Notes: generated from the sequence alone by a model not told the origin. DNA of 32,000 bases from Xanthomonas campestris pv. campestris str. ATCC 33913 (GCF_000007145.1 NC_003902.1:967436-999435); one strand, 5' to 3'. Positions 14,911 through 24,740 are shown, numbered from the stretch's first letter. Translations and numbers: made by a program.

Positions 14911-16817
14911 GCCAGTAGCCTGTCGATCACGGCGAAGAATTCCGCCACATCGAGCGGTTTGGTCAGATAGGCGCGCACGCCCTGGTTGCCCACGCGCGCC
15001 AGCGTGGCAGAGGTCGCGTCGGCGCTGATCACCACCACCGGCACCGCGGCAGTAGCCGGCTGCGCCTGCAGGTCGCGCAGCAGTTCTTCGCCATTGCCAT
15101 CGCTCAGGTGCAGGTCGAGCAGGATCAGGTCCGGCACCTCGTGCTGCAGCAGCGCACGCGCCTGCGCCAGGCTGGCCGCTTCCAGCAGCTGCCACTGCGG
15201 CCGCCGTTCGGTGAGCGTGCGGATCAGCGCCTGGTTGGAGGGGTTGTCTTCGATGCTCAGCAGGCGGCAGACACCGCTGCCAGCGTTGCTGAGCGGCAGC
15301 AGCGTGCGCGCAGGTTCGGCGCTCTGCGGCTCGCCTTGCGGCAGGGAAATCCAGAAACGCGCGCCGTCACGGCTGCTGTCCACGCCGATCTGCCCGCCCA
15401 TGGCCTCGATCAGGCGCTTGCTCAGCGCCAGCCCCAGCCCGGTGCCTTCCACGGCCGAGCGTTCCGCGCCCAGCCGCTCAAACGGGGTGAACAGCCGTTC
15501 GATCTGCGCCGCTGTGAGCCCGGCGCCCTGGTCGGCGACCACGATGCGCACCTGATCGCCATCCGGCTGTGCGCTCACCTGCACCTGGCCGCCGGTGCGA
15601 TTGAACTTGACCGCATTCGACAACAGATTGAGTAGCACCTGGCGCAGGCGCTGCGCGTCAGCGCGCACCGTCCAGGGGCCATCGATGGCCGGCGGCTGCA
15701 GGCTGATGCCGTGCTTGTCGGCGTCCGGCGCGATCAGGCCCAGTGCCTCGTGCACGGCGGCGCGCACCGCGATGGGTTCGGGGCTGAGATCCAGTTGATC
15801 GGCTTCGATGCGGGCGATGTCCAGCAGCTCGGTGATCAGGCCGAGCAGGTGCCGGCCGGCGCCCAGGATGTGCTGCAGGTGACGGCGGTGGCCCGGCTCG
15901 GGCAAATCCATCTCCAGCACCTGCGCATAGCCCAGGATCGCGTTGAGCGGGGTACGCAATTCATGGCTGCTGCGCGAGAGGAATTCGGTCTTCGCGCGGT
16001 TGGCGGTCTCGGCCTCTCGGCGGGCCAGTTGTGCTTCGTTGGCGCGTGCGGCCAGCAGTTCGCTGGCCTGTGCCAGGCGTTGGCCGACCTGCCCGAGTTC
16101 ATCGCCGGCACGCGGCTGTGCGGCCAGCGGCAGCCCTTCGCCGAGCCGGTCGGCATTGGCGGCCAGCGTGCGCAGGCGCCCGGACAAGGCCGAGGCGAAC
16201 CACGCCACCGCGAACACCGCGCCCAGGCCGCCGAGCATCGCTGCGCTCAGGGTGATGATGAGATTGCGCTGGCGCAGCCCCTGCGCCTTGGCGGTGCGCA
16301 CCTGCAGTTGCGCGGTTTCGTAATTGCGCAGTTCGCGTAATTCAGCGCGCAGGATGTCGAGCTTGTACTTGCCGTCCCACAATTGGCGGATCTCTTCCTC
16401 GCGGCTCAGATCCGGCGCAAGCAGACGACGCCAGCCCTGCATCTTTTCGGCGAACAACGGTTTGATGCGCGCAAAACGCTGCGCCTGCACCGGGTCGGTA
16501 ATGCGTTGCGACAGCCGCTCGGCCACGCGTTGCAGGCGCGGCTCCGCGTCGCGGTACGGGGTGAGGAATTCATCGCGGCGCACCAGCCGATATCCGCGCA
16601 CACCGGCGGCGGTTTCGGCCAGCAGTGCGTGCGCTTCGTACAGATCGCTCAGCACTTCCAGGGTCTGCCGCACATCGTTTTCGGCGGCGATGTTCTGCCG
16701 CTCCACACTGTAGATCGCCATCAAGGCCACGGCCAGCAGCAGCAGCGGCAGGGTGACCACCGCCAGGCTCTTGCGGGTGATCGGCCAATCGTTCCATCGC
16801 ACCGCCAGAGCATTCAT
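14907..16817 (-). CDS. Hybrid sensor histidine kinase: CHASE3 periplasmic domain, HAMP, HisKA, HATPase_c and C-terminal REC
   Basis: 636 aa, ATG 16817. Two TM segments flank a CHASE3-like helical domain. The H-box is FLSRSSHELRTPLNAILGYAQ, followed by N/G boxes (LLNLLSNAVKF, DQGAGL, GTGLGLALSKRL). The receiver has LILLDLHLSDGNG and TKPLD. Confidence 0.9.
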   Translation of the reverse strand: MNALAVRWNDWPITRKSLAVVTLPLLLLAVALMAIYSVERQNIAAENDVRQTLEVLSDLYEAHALLAETAAGVRGYRLVRRDEFLTPYRDAEPRLQRVAERLSQRITDPVQAQRFARIKPLFAEKMQGWRRLLAPDLSREEEIRQLWDGKYKLDILRAELRELRNYETAQLQVRTAKAQGLRQRNLIITLSAAMLGGLGAVFAVAWFASALSGRLRTLAANADRLGEGLPLAAQPRAGDELGQVGQRLAQASELLAARANEAQLARREAETANRAKTEFLSRSSHELRTPLNAILGYAQVLEMDLPEPGHRRHLQHILGAGRHLLGLITELLDIARIEADQLDLSPEPIAVRAAVHEALGLIAPDADKHGISLQPPAIDGPWTVRADAQRLRQVLLNLLSNAVKFNRTGGQVQVSAQPDGDQVRIVVADQGAGLTAAQIERLFTPFERLGAERSAVEGTGLGLALSKRLIEAMGGQIGVDSSRDGARFWISLPQGEPQSAEPARTLLPLSNAGSGVCRLLSIEDNPSNQALIRTLTERRPQWQLLEAASLAQARALLQHEVPDLILLDLHLSDGNGEELLRDLQAQPATAAVPVVVISADATSATLARVGNQGVRAYLTKPLDVAEFFAVIDRLLA

Positions 16818-17521
16818 TGCGCAAGTCCTGCGTGGACCGCGTACACCGCGGCCTGGGTGCGATCTTTTACCTCAAGTTTCTGCAGGATTCGCTCGACGTG
16901 CACTTTGACCGTGCCGGGAGAAATCCCCAGTTCAGCTGCCAGTGTCGCGTTGGTGAGCCCGCGCGGCAGCAGCGAGAGCACCTGTTTTTCGCGCTTGCTC
17001 AGGGCACTCAGACGATCGTCCTGCACCGCTTTGCGCCGCCGCGTGGCGACCGGCCTGGCTGGCTCGGCGACCATCGCCGGCAACAGCAGCGCAAAGGCCT
17101 GCAATGCCTGCAGGTCGTCGCTGCCCGGCGCCAGGCGGCCGTCGTTCCAGGCCACGCACACCATGCCCAGTGTGGTGCCGAGCAGCTGGATCGGCAGCCT
17201 TGCATCACGCATTTCGGCCGGGCGGGGCGGCATCAGCCAAGTGGCTTCATGGCTGTCACCGGGGGCGCTGGCGCCGGGCGGCAGGGCGCGGCCCCTGCTG
17301 GCAAACACCTGCGCGCGTGGCCCGCGCTGCGCCAGCACCGCGCCATCTTCCAGCCCCAGCAGCAGCAACACGCGGCCCAGCACTGCATCGCAAGCCTGTT
17401 CGGGCGTACTGGCACTGCGCAGCGCCGCACTGGCCTCCTGCAGCGCCTGCCAGCGTGCGCTGTCGGAGGCGTCGCGACGTAACGCCAGGCGCCAATCGCC
17501 TGCATTGGTTGGGGTTTCCAT
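16814..17521 (-). CDS. LuxR/FixJ-type HTH regulator with N-terminal GAF-like domain and no receiver domain
   Basis: 235 aa, ATG 17521. The C-terminus LSKREKQVLSLLPRGLTNATLAAELGISPGTVKVHVERILQKLEVKDRTQA is a GerE/LuxR HTH. The N-terminal ~150 aa shows a GAF-like pattern. Its stop overlaps the kinase start (ATGA). Confidence 0.85.
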   Translation of the reverse strand: METPTNAGDWRLALRRDASDSARWQALQEASAALRSASTPEQACDAVLGRVLLLLGLEDGAVLAQRGPRAQVFASRGRALPPGASAPGDSHEATWLMPPRPAEMRDARLPIQLLGTTLGMVCVAWNDGRLAPGSDDLQALQAFALLLPAMVAEPARPVATRRRKAVQDDRLSALSKREKQVLSLLPRGLTNATLAAELGISPGTVKVHVERILQKLEVKDRTQAAVYAVHAGLAQ

Positions 17522-17542
17522 ATCCGAGCTCTAGGCCGATCA

Positions 17543-17560
17543 GCATATTTGAGTATATGC
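17543..17560. promoter_or_regulatory. Inverted repeat GCATAT-N6-ATATGC in the divergent promoter region
   Basis: Read directly. It is the only AT-rich patch in the 124-bp spacer between the LuxR-type gene (ATG 17521, -) and the NTF2-like gene (ATG 17646, +). Confidence 0.3.
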
Positions 17561-17645
17561 CACTCGGCGGAATTGTTGGGCTCGCTGGATTTCGATACTG
17601 GGCTCGCCCACTGAGGCAACCCCCATCACTCAACGGAGATACCCC

Positions 17646-18170
17646 ATGCGTCGCCCCCTGTTCTCTCTGGTTCTGGCTCTGGCTGCCACCCCGGCGCTGG
17701 CTGGCGGCGTGATGCATTACACCGACAAGGCCGCGCTGCCCGCCGATGGCGAAGCGCGCGAAGTGGCTGCGCTGTTCGACACCTGGAACGCGGCCCTGGC
17801 CACCGGCAACCCGCACAAGGTGGCCGACCTGTACGCCCCGGACGGCGTGCTGCTGCCGACGGTTTCCAACGAAGTGCGCGCCTCGCGCGAGCAGATCGAA
17901 AACTACTTCGAGATGTTCCTGACCAAAAAGCCGAAGGGCGTCATCAACTACCGCACCGTGCGCCTGCTCGATGACGACAGCGCGGTGGATGCGGGTGTGT
18001 ACACCTTCACGCTCACCGACAAGAACGGCAAGAAGAGCGATGTGCAGGCCCGCTACACCTTCGTGTACGAAAAGCGCGACGGCAAGTGGCTGATCATCAA
18101 CCACCACAGCTCGGCCATGCCGGAAGTGGATACCGCCACCGCCACCGCTGCGGTCACCAAGGCGAAGTGA
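17646..18170 (+). CDS. Secreted NTF2-like protein (DUF4440/SgcJ-EcaC/CaMKII-association-domain-like)
   Basis: ATG 17646 with GGAG at 17634-17637. Signal peptide [21 protein letters not shown]. Motifs include [13 protein letters not shown]..., the [10 protein letters not shown] motif and the C-terminal [11 protein letters not shown] signature. Confidence 0.75.
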   Translation: MRRPLFSLVLALAATPALAGGVMHYTDKAALPADGEAREVAALFDTWNAALATGNPHKVADLYAPDGVLLPTVSNEVRASREQIENYFEMFLTKKPKGVINYRTVRLLDDDSAVDAGVYTFTLTDKNGKKSDVQARYTFVYEKRDGKWLIINHHSSAMPEVDTATATAAVTKAK

Positions 18171-18182
18171 GGTGCAATCGCC

Positions 18183-18206
18183 GGGAGCGGCTTGAAAGCC
18201 GCTCCC
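18183..18206 (+). terminator. Stem-loop GGGAGCGGC-TTGAAA-GCCGCTCCC after the NTF2-like gene
   Basis: A 9-bp perfect stem 13 nt after the stop at 18168-18170. No T-run, and msrA starts 48 nt later, so it may attenuate rather than terminate. Confidence 0.4.
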
Positions 18207-18253
18207 ACCGGCGCCATCCAGCAGGCAACCCTCAAACACGCGGGAGTTGCACC

Positions 18254-18904
18254 ATGTTGGGAATCGGCGCCTTCAAACAACGCATGCCACGGTCCGGCGA
18301 AGCACTGCCGGGACGTACCCAGGCGTTGCCGCTGCACAACACGCACCTGATCAACGGCCACCCGTTGCGTGGTGAGTTCACCGGCCTGGCCCAGGTGCAA
18401 TTCGGGCTTGGCTGCTTCTGGGGCGCGGAACGCAAGTTCTGGAACGTGCCTGGGGTCTACACCACGGCGGTGGGTTACGCCGGGGGCAAAACACCGAACG
18501 CGACGTATTCGGAAGTCTGCTCAGGGCAGACCGGCCACACCGAGGCGGTGCTGGTGGTGTACGACGCGCAGGCGGTGTCGTTCGAACAATTGCTGCGCAC
18601 GTTCTGGGAAAGCCACGATCCAACCCAGGGCATGCAGCAGGGCAACGATGTCGGTACGCAATACCGCTCGGCGATCTACTGCAGCACGCAAGCGCAATAC
18701 GACGCGGCCATTGCCAGCCGCGATGCCTACCAGCAGCAATTGACCGCAGCCGGTTATGGCGACATCACCACGGAGATCCTTTACCCGGCGCCCACGTTCT
18801 ATTACGCCGAGGACGATCACCAGCAGTATCTCGCCAAGCACCCCAATGGCTATTGCGGGCTTGGCGGAACGGGAGTGAGCTGCCCGATCGGGCTGGATGC
18901 CTGA
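18254..18904 (+). CDS. msrA: Peptide-methionine (S)-S-oxide reductase MsrA
   Basis: ATG 18254 with GGGAG at 18242-18246. Active-site motif GLGCFWGAE, plus GYAGG, HTEAV and YHQQYL-like HQQYLAK. 216 aa. Confidence 0.95.
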   Translation: MLGIGAFKQRMPRSGEALPGRTQALPLHNTHLINGHPLRGEFTGLAQVQFGLGCFWGAERKFWNVPGVYTTAVGYAGGKTPNATYSEVCSGQTGHTEAVLVVYDAQAVSFEQLLRTFWESHDPTQGMQQGNDVGTQYRSAIYCSTQAQYDAAIASRDAYQQQLTAAGYGDITTEILYPAPTFYYAEDDHQQYLAKHPNGYCGLGGTGVSCPIGLDA

Positions 18905-19428
18905 GCGGAAAGGCGAGGCCGGATCCAAGCGCTGCCATGTGATCGTGGCGTGCCGATGGCCATAGTGACCGGCAGCGTTTTCACTATCAGGCAGCGCATG
19001 GGAGTGCATGCCAGGCAACTTGCAATGGCTACGCCGGAGACGGCGTGGCCATCTTTTTGTGTGCCAGTTGCGGTGGCCGACCGCAGTTGCGGAAGACTGG
19101 TTCCGTGCTGGTGCGCGACGCCGCCTGCAGGCGCATGCGTCACGCACCGGCGTCGGGCGCGTGGACGCAGAGGTCGGTAACGCCATTGAGTGGTAGTCGC
19201 GGCGGCTTGAGTGCGACGTGCTGGTAAGTCTCCAGCACGCGAGCAGCAACTGCGTTTCCACGGCGTTCCGGTATGCCACCACTCGTGCGCACATGTCGCA
19301 CATGCGTGGCACGAAACCTCCCCCGCCGTGGGAAGGCGCAGTGCTCGCTGATTGGCGAGCCGCCCACAAACTCGGTGCCGGTATATCGCAGAAGGGCGTG
19401 TCCTGCGCTACGCGAACAAGCGCTTCGG

Positions 19429-19998
19429 CTAGACGAATTCGCCCGAGAACATGCCGCGCAGTTGTGCCAGTAATTCTGTGCGCTCCGGATGCAGAGTACG
19501 CATGCAGGTCACCGCAAACCCCACCGGGCTGGTGCCGGGTGCGGTGATCACGCCGTCGGCGCTGACCACTTTCTCGTGCCGGTAATGCGCAGCGCCGGCG
19601 TACGGCACCACGTGCTCCTGCAAGAACGCCAGCGAATTGCTGGTGTGCGGCCGCTCGTCGAGCAGACCCGCATACGCCAGTGCGATGGTGGCTCCGCAAA
19701 TCGCCGCAATCGGGCGCTGCTGTTGCACGCGTTCGCATAACACGCCGCTCAGCCCGGGGATCTCGCCGGCTTGCCAGCGTTCGCTGCCTGGCAGGATCCA
19801 CAGATCGGCGTCCAGCGGTGCCAAATCCGAGAGCGCAAATTCCGGCGTGATGCGCAAGCCACCGATCGAGTGCACCGGCTGTCCGTCGATGCTGGCGATG
19901 GCGACCTGGTCGCCGAACCACTCGCGCGCCGCAGGCAGGACCACGCCGATTTCCCAGTCGGCGACACCGTCGACCATCACCACTGCGATGTTTGCCAT
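19429..19998 (-). CDS. DJ-1/PfpI-family (class I glutamine amidotransferase-like) protein
   Basis: 189 aa, ATG 19998. Nucleophile elbow AAICGATIALA and an overall DJ-1 pattern (IAVVMVDGVADWE...LWILPG). Confidence 0.85.
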   Translation of the reverse strand: MANIAVVMVDGVADWEIGVVLPAAREWFGDQVAIASIDGQPVHSIGGLRITPEFALSDLAPLDADLWILPGSERWQAGEIPGLSGVLCERVQQQRPIAAICGATIALAYAGLLDERPHTSNSLAFLQEHVVPYAGAAHYRHEKVVSADGVITAPGTSPVGFAVTCMRTLHPERTELLAQLRGMFSGEFV

Positions 19999-20018
19999 TG
20001 TCCATTTCGTCCGTTGAG

Positions 20019-20030
20019 GAATCCGGATTC
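20019..20030. promoter_or_regulatory. 12-bp perfect palindrome GAATCCGGATTC just upstream of the DJ-1-family gene
   Basis: Read directly, 21-32 nt upstream of ATG 19998. Function unknown. Confidence 0.25.
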
Positions 20031-20210
20031 TAGGCAGCGGCCCGTCAGATGTTGTGAGCGTGTTGTCGAAACAGCAACGCGCCGGTTGCTGGGGTTCCGC
20101 GCCGCCGGGGCGGCACGCGCCTGGAGGCTTACGCGGCAGTGGCAGGTCGCGCTGGGCTGCAGCTCATCGGTCGGTGGCGGTCTGTGCGCGCTGCGAATCA
20201 GCCGCTAATG

Positions 20211-20249
20211 CCACAAACAAAAACGCCTGCGGGCCATGCCGCAGGCGTT
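20211..20249 (-). terminator. Rho-independent terminator of tal
   Basis: On the - strand: AACGCCTGCGG-CATGGC-CCGCAGGCGTT (11-bp perfect stem, 20222-20232 / 20239-20249) followed directly by TTTGTTTGTGG. It lies 26 nt after the tal stop. Confidence 0.85.
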
Positions 20250-20274
20250 GGAGGTGACGCAACAACGGGAACGA

Positions 20275-21243
20275 TCAGCCAGCGAGCTTGTCGGCGATGG
20301 TCTTGCGCAGCGCCTCCAGGTCCTTGGCGAAGGTGTCGATGCCGCTGGCCAGCTTCTCGGTGGCCATATCGTCAGCGGCCAAGTCGGTGGCGAAGCTGTC
20401 GCTGTTGATCGGCGTGATGGCCGCGTTGTCCGCATTCAATGGCGACAGTTTGCGCGGCAGGTCGCCGTGGTCGGCGTCGAGCTTCTCCAGCAGGTCCGGC
20501 GAGATGGTCAGGCGGTCGCAGCCGGCCAGCGCCTCGATCTGCGCAGTGGAGCGGAACGAGGCGCCCATGACCACAGTGGAGGAGCCGCGGCGCTTGAACT
20601 CGTCGTAGACACCGCGCACGAACACCACGCCCGGATCTTCGTCGATGCTGGCCGGGGTCTGGCCCTTGGCGACAAAGAAATCCAGGATGCGGCCGACAAA
20701 CGGCGAGATCAGGAACACACCGGCCTCGGCACAGGCCAGCGCCTGCGAGCGGTTGAAGATCAGCGTCAGGTTGCAGTCGATGCCTTCCTGCTGCAGTTGG
20801 CGTGCGGCTTCGATGCCTTCCCAGGTGGCGGCGATCTTGATCAGGATCTTGTCCTTGGACACGCCACGCTCGGCATACATCGCGATGAACTTGCGTGCCT
20901 TGGCGATGGTGGCCTGGGTGTCGTGCGCCAGGTCCGCGTCCACTTCGGTGGACACGCGGCCGGGTACCAGTTCCGACAACATGGTGCCCACGCCGACGGT
21001 CAGGCGATCAGCTACTTCGTTGATGGTGCTGTTGCGGTCTTCGCCACCGTGCGCACGGCCCCAGGCCAGCTCGCGCTCGATCAGGTCGGCATACACCGGC
21101 AGATCCAGGGCTTTCTTGACCAGTGTGGGATTGGTGGTGCAATCGACCGGCTTGAGCCGCTTGATCGCGTCGTAGTCGCCCGTATCGGCAACGACAACGG
21201 ACAGGTCACGCAGTTGGGCAAGCTTGGAGGGGGATGCAGTCAT
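20275..21243 (-). CDS. tal: Transaldolase (class I, TalB-type)
   Basis: 322 aa, ATG 21243. Motifs [46 protein letters not shown] (Schiff-base Lys), [15 protein letters not shown]. Confidence 0.95.
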
Positions 21244-21305
21244 GCGGGTTCTCTCGAATCGTGGAACGGGTCGGGGATAGGACGCAGCGCGTTACGTTAG
21301 CGCGC

Positions 21306-21737
21306 TCAGCGACGGAAGTCGCCCGCCGCTTCGGGCTGGTCGTGCACAGCGGTCACGCGCAAGCGCAGGTCGCGTCCGCCGGGTGCGCGCCAATCGATGG
21401 ACTGGCCGACCGACAGGCCGAGCAAGGCGGTGCCCACCGGCGCCAGCACCGAGATGCGGCTGTGTTGGACATCGGCTTCGTGCGGGTACACGAGGGTGAG
21501 CGTGTGACGTTCGCCGTGCAGCTCGTCTTCGCATTCGATGCGTGAGTGCATGGTGACGACATCGCCGGGAATCTGGTCGGGCGGCACGACGCGTGCGCGG
21601 CCCAGTTCGTCGGCCAGCGCAGCGGCGGCCGGATGGTTGTTCAACGCGGAAGACTCGAGCATCGCTTCAAGGCGGGCAAGGTCGTGGCTGGACACCAGAA
21701 TGGATGGCGGCAAGCCGCTGTGGTGTTGCGAGGTCAT
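21306..21737 (-). CDS. rnk: Rnk-like regulator (GreA/GreB C-terminal domain family); corresponds to orfX of the Xanthomonas ahpF-oxyR-orfX operon
   Basis: ATG 21737 with AGGAG 7 nt upstream, 143 aa. The sequence L..LE..L......A..L..EL..A.VV....IP.DVVTM.S...ED...GE....TLVYP.EAD......ISVLAPVG.ALLGL.VG..I.W matches the Rnk pattern. Confidence 0.8.
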   Translation of the reverse strand: MTSQHHSGLPPSILVSSHDLARLEAMLESSALNNHPAAAALADELGRARVVPPDQIPGDVVTMHSRIECEDELHGERHTLTLVYPHEADVQHSRISVLAPVGTALLGLSVGQSIDWRAPGGRDLRLRVTAVHDQPEAAGDFRR

Positions 21738-21965
21738 GGCAATCTCCTGACAAGGGCAGCGGACGCACGGTGCGCCCTCCAACAACAGGTGAGGGCGGCG
21801 CGGCGTGACCACAATGCAGGCGGGCACATCGCACCGATCACGCGTTGCCCGTAGGCGCCGGCATCAGCGGTAAAGAGTGGACAAGCAAAAGGCGACACCT
21901 ACGTGCCGCCTTCGTCCATTGTCGACAAGATTGCGTTGTGAAGCGACCGCGGCAGTGCACGGCCT

Positions 21966-22907
21966 TCAGGCGGCGACAGCTTTCGGGCCGCTTGCCGGCT
22001 GGTCCAGCGTGAACAGGCTGTCCGGCAATTCCTTGAAGATCTGCGAGAGCTGCTCCAGGAACGCCGTCATTGCCGAGCTGCGCCGCCATGCCATGGCGAT
22101 GCGCCGGTTGGGCTGCTTGTCTTCGCGGAAGCGGATCAGGCGAATGTTTTCCGAACGTGCCACCGGCGGCTTGACCGCCAGCATCGGCAGCAGGGTGACA
22201 CCGACATTGGCCGCCACCATCTGGCGCAGGGTTTCCAGGCTGGTCGCCTGGAATTCGGACTTTTCCAGCGCGCCGGCAAGATGGCACACGTCCAGCGCCT
22301 GTTCGCGCAGGCAATGGCCGTCTTCCAGCAGCAACAGGCGCTGCTCGGAGAGATCGTCCAGCGTCATGCTGTCGTGCCGCGACAGCGGGTGGCCTTCCGG
22401 TACCGCCAGCACGAACGGTTCTTCGAACAGGAATTCGGCATGCAACTGCTCGTCCTGCAGGGGCAGGGCCAGCAGTGCGGCGTCCATGCGGCCTTCGCGT
22501 AACTGGTGGATGAGCTGGTCGCTTTTTTCTTCGATCAGCAACAGCTCCAGGCGCGGAAAACGCTCGCGGATGCGTGGCACCACATGCGGCAGCAGATACG
22601 GTGCCAGGGTGGGGAAGATGCCCAGGCGCACGGTGCCCGCTTCCGGGTCCTGGCTGCGGCGGGCGGCTTCCTTCATCTGTTCCACTTCGGCCACGATGCT
22701 GCGCGCGCGCATGGCGGCTTCGCGGCCAGCCGGGGTGAGCATCACCTTGCGCGGCGCACGTTCGACCAGCGGCACACCGAGCTCGTCTTCCAGTTTCTTG
22801 ATCTGGGTGGACAAGGTGGGCTGGCTCACGAAACAGGCAGTGGCGGCACGGCCAAAATGCTTGTGGTCGGCCAGGGCTACCAGGTATTTCAGGTCACGCA
22901 GATTCAT
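21966..22907 (-). CDS. oxyR: LysR-family peroxide sensor OxyR
   Basis: 313 aa, ATG 22907. N-terminal HTH MNLRDLKYLVALADHKHFGRAATACFVSQPTLSTQIKKLE. Redox cysteines sit in GHCLREQALDVC, 9 residues apart as for C199/C208. Confidence 0.95.
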   Translation of the reverse strand: MNLRDLKYLVALADHKHFGRAATACFVSQPTLSTQIKKLEDELGVPLVERAPRKVMLTPAGREAAMRARSIVAEVEQMKEAARRSQDPEAGTVRLGIFPTLAPYLLPHVVPRIRERFPRLELLLIEEKSDQLIHQLREGRMDAALLALPLQDEQLHAEFLFEEPFVLAVPEGHPLSRHDSMTLDDLSEQRLLLLEDGHCLREQALDVCHLAGALEKSEFQATSLETLRQMVAANVGVTLLPMLAVKPPVARSENIRLIRFREDKQPNRRIAMAWRRSSAMTAFLEQLSQIFKELPDSLFTLDQPASGPKAVAA

Positions 22908-22960
22908 GTGCAGCAGCCCTCGTGGCTGTGACGTGGAACGGACTGGACCAACCGCAGCTT

Positions 22961-22983
22961 AGCGCCCGGGCGGGCCGGGCGCT
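22961..22983 (-). other. Intercistronic stem-loop between ahpF and oxyR (AGCGCCCGG-N5-CCGGGCGCT)
   Basis: A 9-bp perfect stem read directly within the 90-nt ahpF-oxyR spacer. Confidence 0.4.
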
Positions 22984-22997
22984 GGCTGAGCTCACGC

Positions 22998-24587
22998 TTA
23001 CGCAGCCTGGGCTACGTCGGCGCTGACCGGTGCGCTGGAGCGGATCAGGTAATCGAACGCGCTCAATGCAGCCTTGGAACCTTCGCCCATCGCGATCACG
23101 ATCTGCTTGTACGGCACCGTGGTCGCGTCGCCGGCCGCGAACACGCCCGGCACATTGGTCTGGCCGCGGTCGTCGACGATGATCTCGCCGCGCGGGGACA
23201 ACTCCACCGTGCCACGCAGGAACTCGGTGTTGGGCAGCAGGCCGATCTGCACGAACACACCCTCCAGGTCGATGTGCTGCGTGTCGCCACCGGTGCGGTC
23301 CTTGTAGACCAGCCCAGTGACCTTCTGACCATCGCCCAGCACTTCGGTGGTCTGCGCGCTGGTGATGATGCGCACGTTGTGCAGGCTGCGCAGCTTGCGC
23401 TGCAGCACTTCGTCGGCGCGCAGCTTGTCGTCGAATTCCACCAGCGTGACATGCGCCACGATGCCGGCCAGATCGATCGCCGCTTCCACGCCCGAATTGC
23501 CGCCGCCGATCACCGCCACGCGCTTGCCCTTGAACAGCGGGCCATCGCAATGCGGGCAGTAGGCCACGCCCTTGTTCCTGTACTGGTCTTCGCCGGGCAC
23601 ATTCATCTGCCTCCAGCGCGCGCCGGTGGACAGGATCACCGTCTTGCTCTTGAGCGATGCGCCATTGGCCAGCTTGATTTCGACCAGGCCATCGGCACCG
23701 GCCGGGATCAACTGCTCGGCACGCTGCAGATTCATGATGTCCACGTCGTACTGGCGCACGTGCTGCTCAAGCGCGGCAGCCATCTTCGGGCCTTCAGTTT
23801 CCGGCACCGAGATGAAGTTTTCGATCGACATGGTGTCCAGCACCTGACCACCGAAACGCTCTGCAGCCACGCCGGTGCGGATGCCCTTGCGTGCGGCATA
23901 CACCGCTGCTGCCGAGCCGGCCGGGCCACCGCCAACCACCAACACGTCGAAGGCGTCCTTGGCGGCGATCTTGGCGGCATCGCGCTTGGCGGCATTGGTG
24001 TCGAGCTTGGCGACGATCTGTTCCAGCGTCATGCGGCCCTGGTCGAACAGTTCACCGTTCAAGTACACGGTGGGCACCGACATGATCTGGCGGGTTTCCA
24101 CCTCGTCCTGGAACAGCGCGCCATCGATGGCCACGTGCTTGATGCGCGGGTTCAGCACCGCGGCCAGGTTCAGCGCCTGCACCACGTCCGGGCAGTTCTG
24201 GCACGACAGCGAGAAATAGGTTTCGAACTGATAGTCGCCATCCAGGTGCTGCACCTGCTCGATCAGCTCGGCAGTGGCCTTGGAAGGGTGGCCGCCAACC
24301 TGCAGCAGCGCCAGCACCAGCGAGGTGAATTCGTGCCCCATCGGCAGGCCGGCAAAGCGCACCGAAATGTCCTGGCCCGGCGTGGTCAGCGCGAACGAGG
24401 GCTTGCGCTGGTTGTCGTCGCGGTGCACGTCCAGGCTGATCTTGTCCGAGAGCAGCACCAGATCCTCGAGCAGCTCGAGCATTTCGCGCGCCTTGGGGAT
24501 GTCGTCGATCGAAGCATGGATCTGGATCGGCCGCGTGACCCGTTCCAGGTAGGCGGTCAGCTGGGTCTTGAGATTGGCATCCAACAT
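22998..24587 (-). CDS. ahpF: Alkyl hydroperoxide reductase subunit F
   Basis: ATG 24587 ([17 protein letters not shown]...) with AGGAG upstream, 529 aa. N-terminal CQNC and the CPHCDG redox centre are present, with FAD/NAD GxGxxG motifs ([24 protein letters not shown]). Confidence 0.95.
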   Translation of the reverse strand: MLDANLKTQLTAYLERVTRPIQIHASIDDIPKAREMLELLEDLVLLSDKISLDVHRDDNQRKPSFALTTPGQDISVRFAGLPMGHEFTSLVLALLQVGGHPSKATAELIEQVQHLDGDYQFETYFSLSCQNCPDVVQALNLAAVLNPRIKHVAIDGALFQDEVETRQIMSVPTVYLNGELFDQGRMTLEQIVAKLDTNAAKRDAAKIAAKDAFDVLVVGGGPAGSAAAVYAARKGIRTGVAAERFGGQVLDTMSIENFISVPETEGPKMAAALEQHVRQYDVDIMNLQRAEQLIPAGADGLVEIKLANGASLKSKTVILSTGARWRQMNVPGEDQYRNKGVAYCPHCDGPLFKGKRVAVIGGGNSGVEAAIDLAGIVAHVTLVEFDDKLRADEVLQRKLRSLHNVRIITSAQTTEVLGDGQKVTGLVYKDRTGGDTQHIDLEGVFVQIGLLPNTEFLRGTVELSPRGEIIVDDRGQTNVPGVFAAGDATTVPYKQIVIAMGEGSKAALSAFDYLIRSSAPVSADVAQAA

Positions 24588-24740
24588 GGAAAACTCCTGG
24601 GAATGGGCAAGGGGAGGGCATGGCGTCGCTGCGCATGCGCAGGTCGCCTGGGGAGGAAGGGGATGAACCGCAGCCGGCGCGAAGGCGGGGTGCGTGCTGG
24701 CGGTGGCTGGCGGGCAGCCCGGCACCGGCTCCGGTTCACC

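Noticed and set aside
17256-18239. 327-aa - strand ORF opposite the NTF2-like gene
   Set aside because: It is antisense to a gene with RBS, signal peptide and a family signature, and it overlaps the LuxR-type gene out of frame.
18521-20005. 494-aa - strand ORF bridging msrA, the 520-bp gap and the DJ-1 gene
   Set aside because: It is out of frame with the DJ-1-family gene and antisense to msrA. The protein is Arg/Ala/His-rich nonsense with no motifs.
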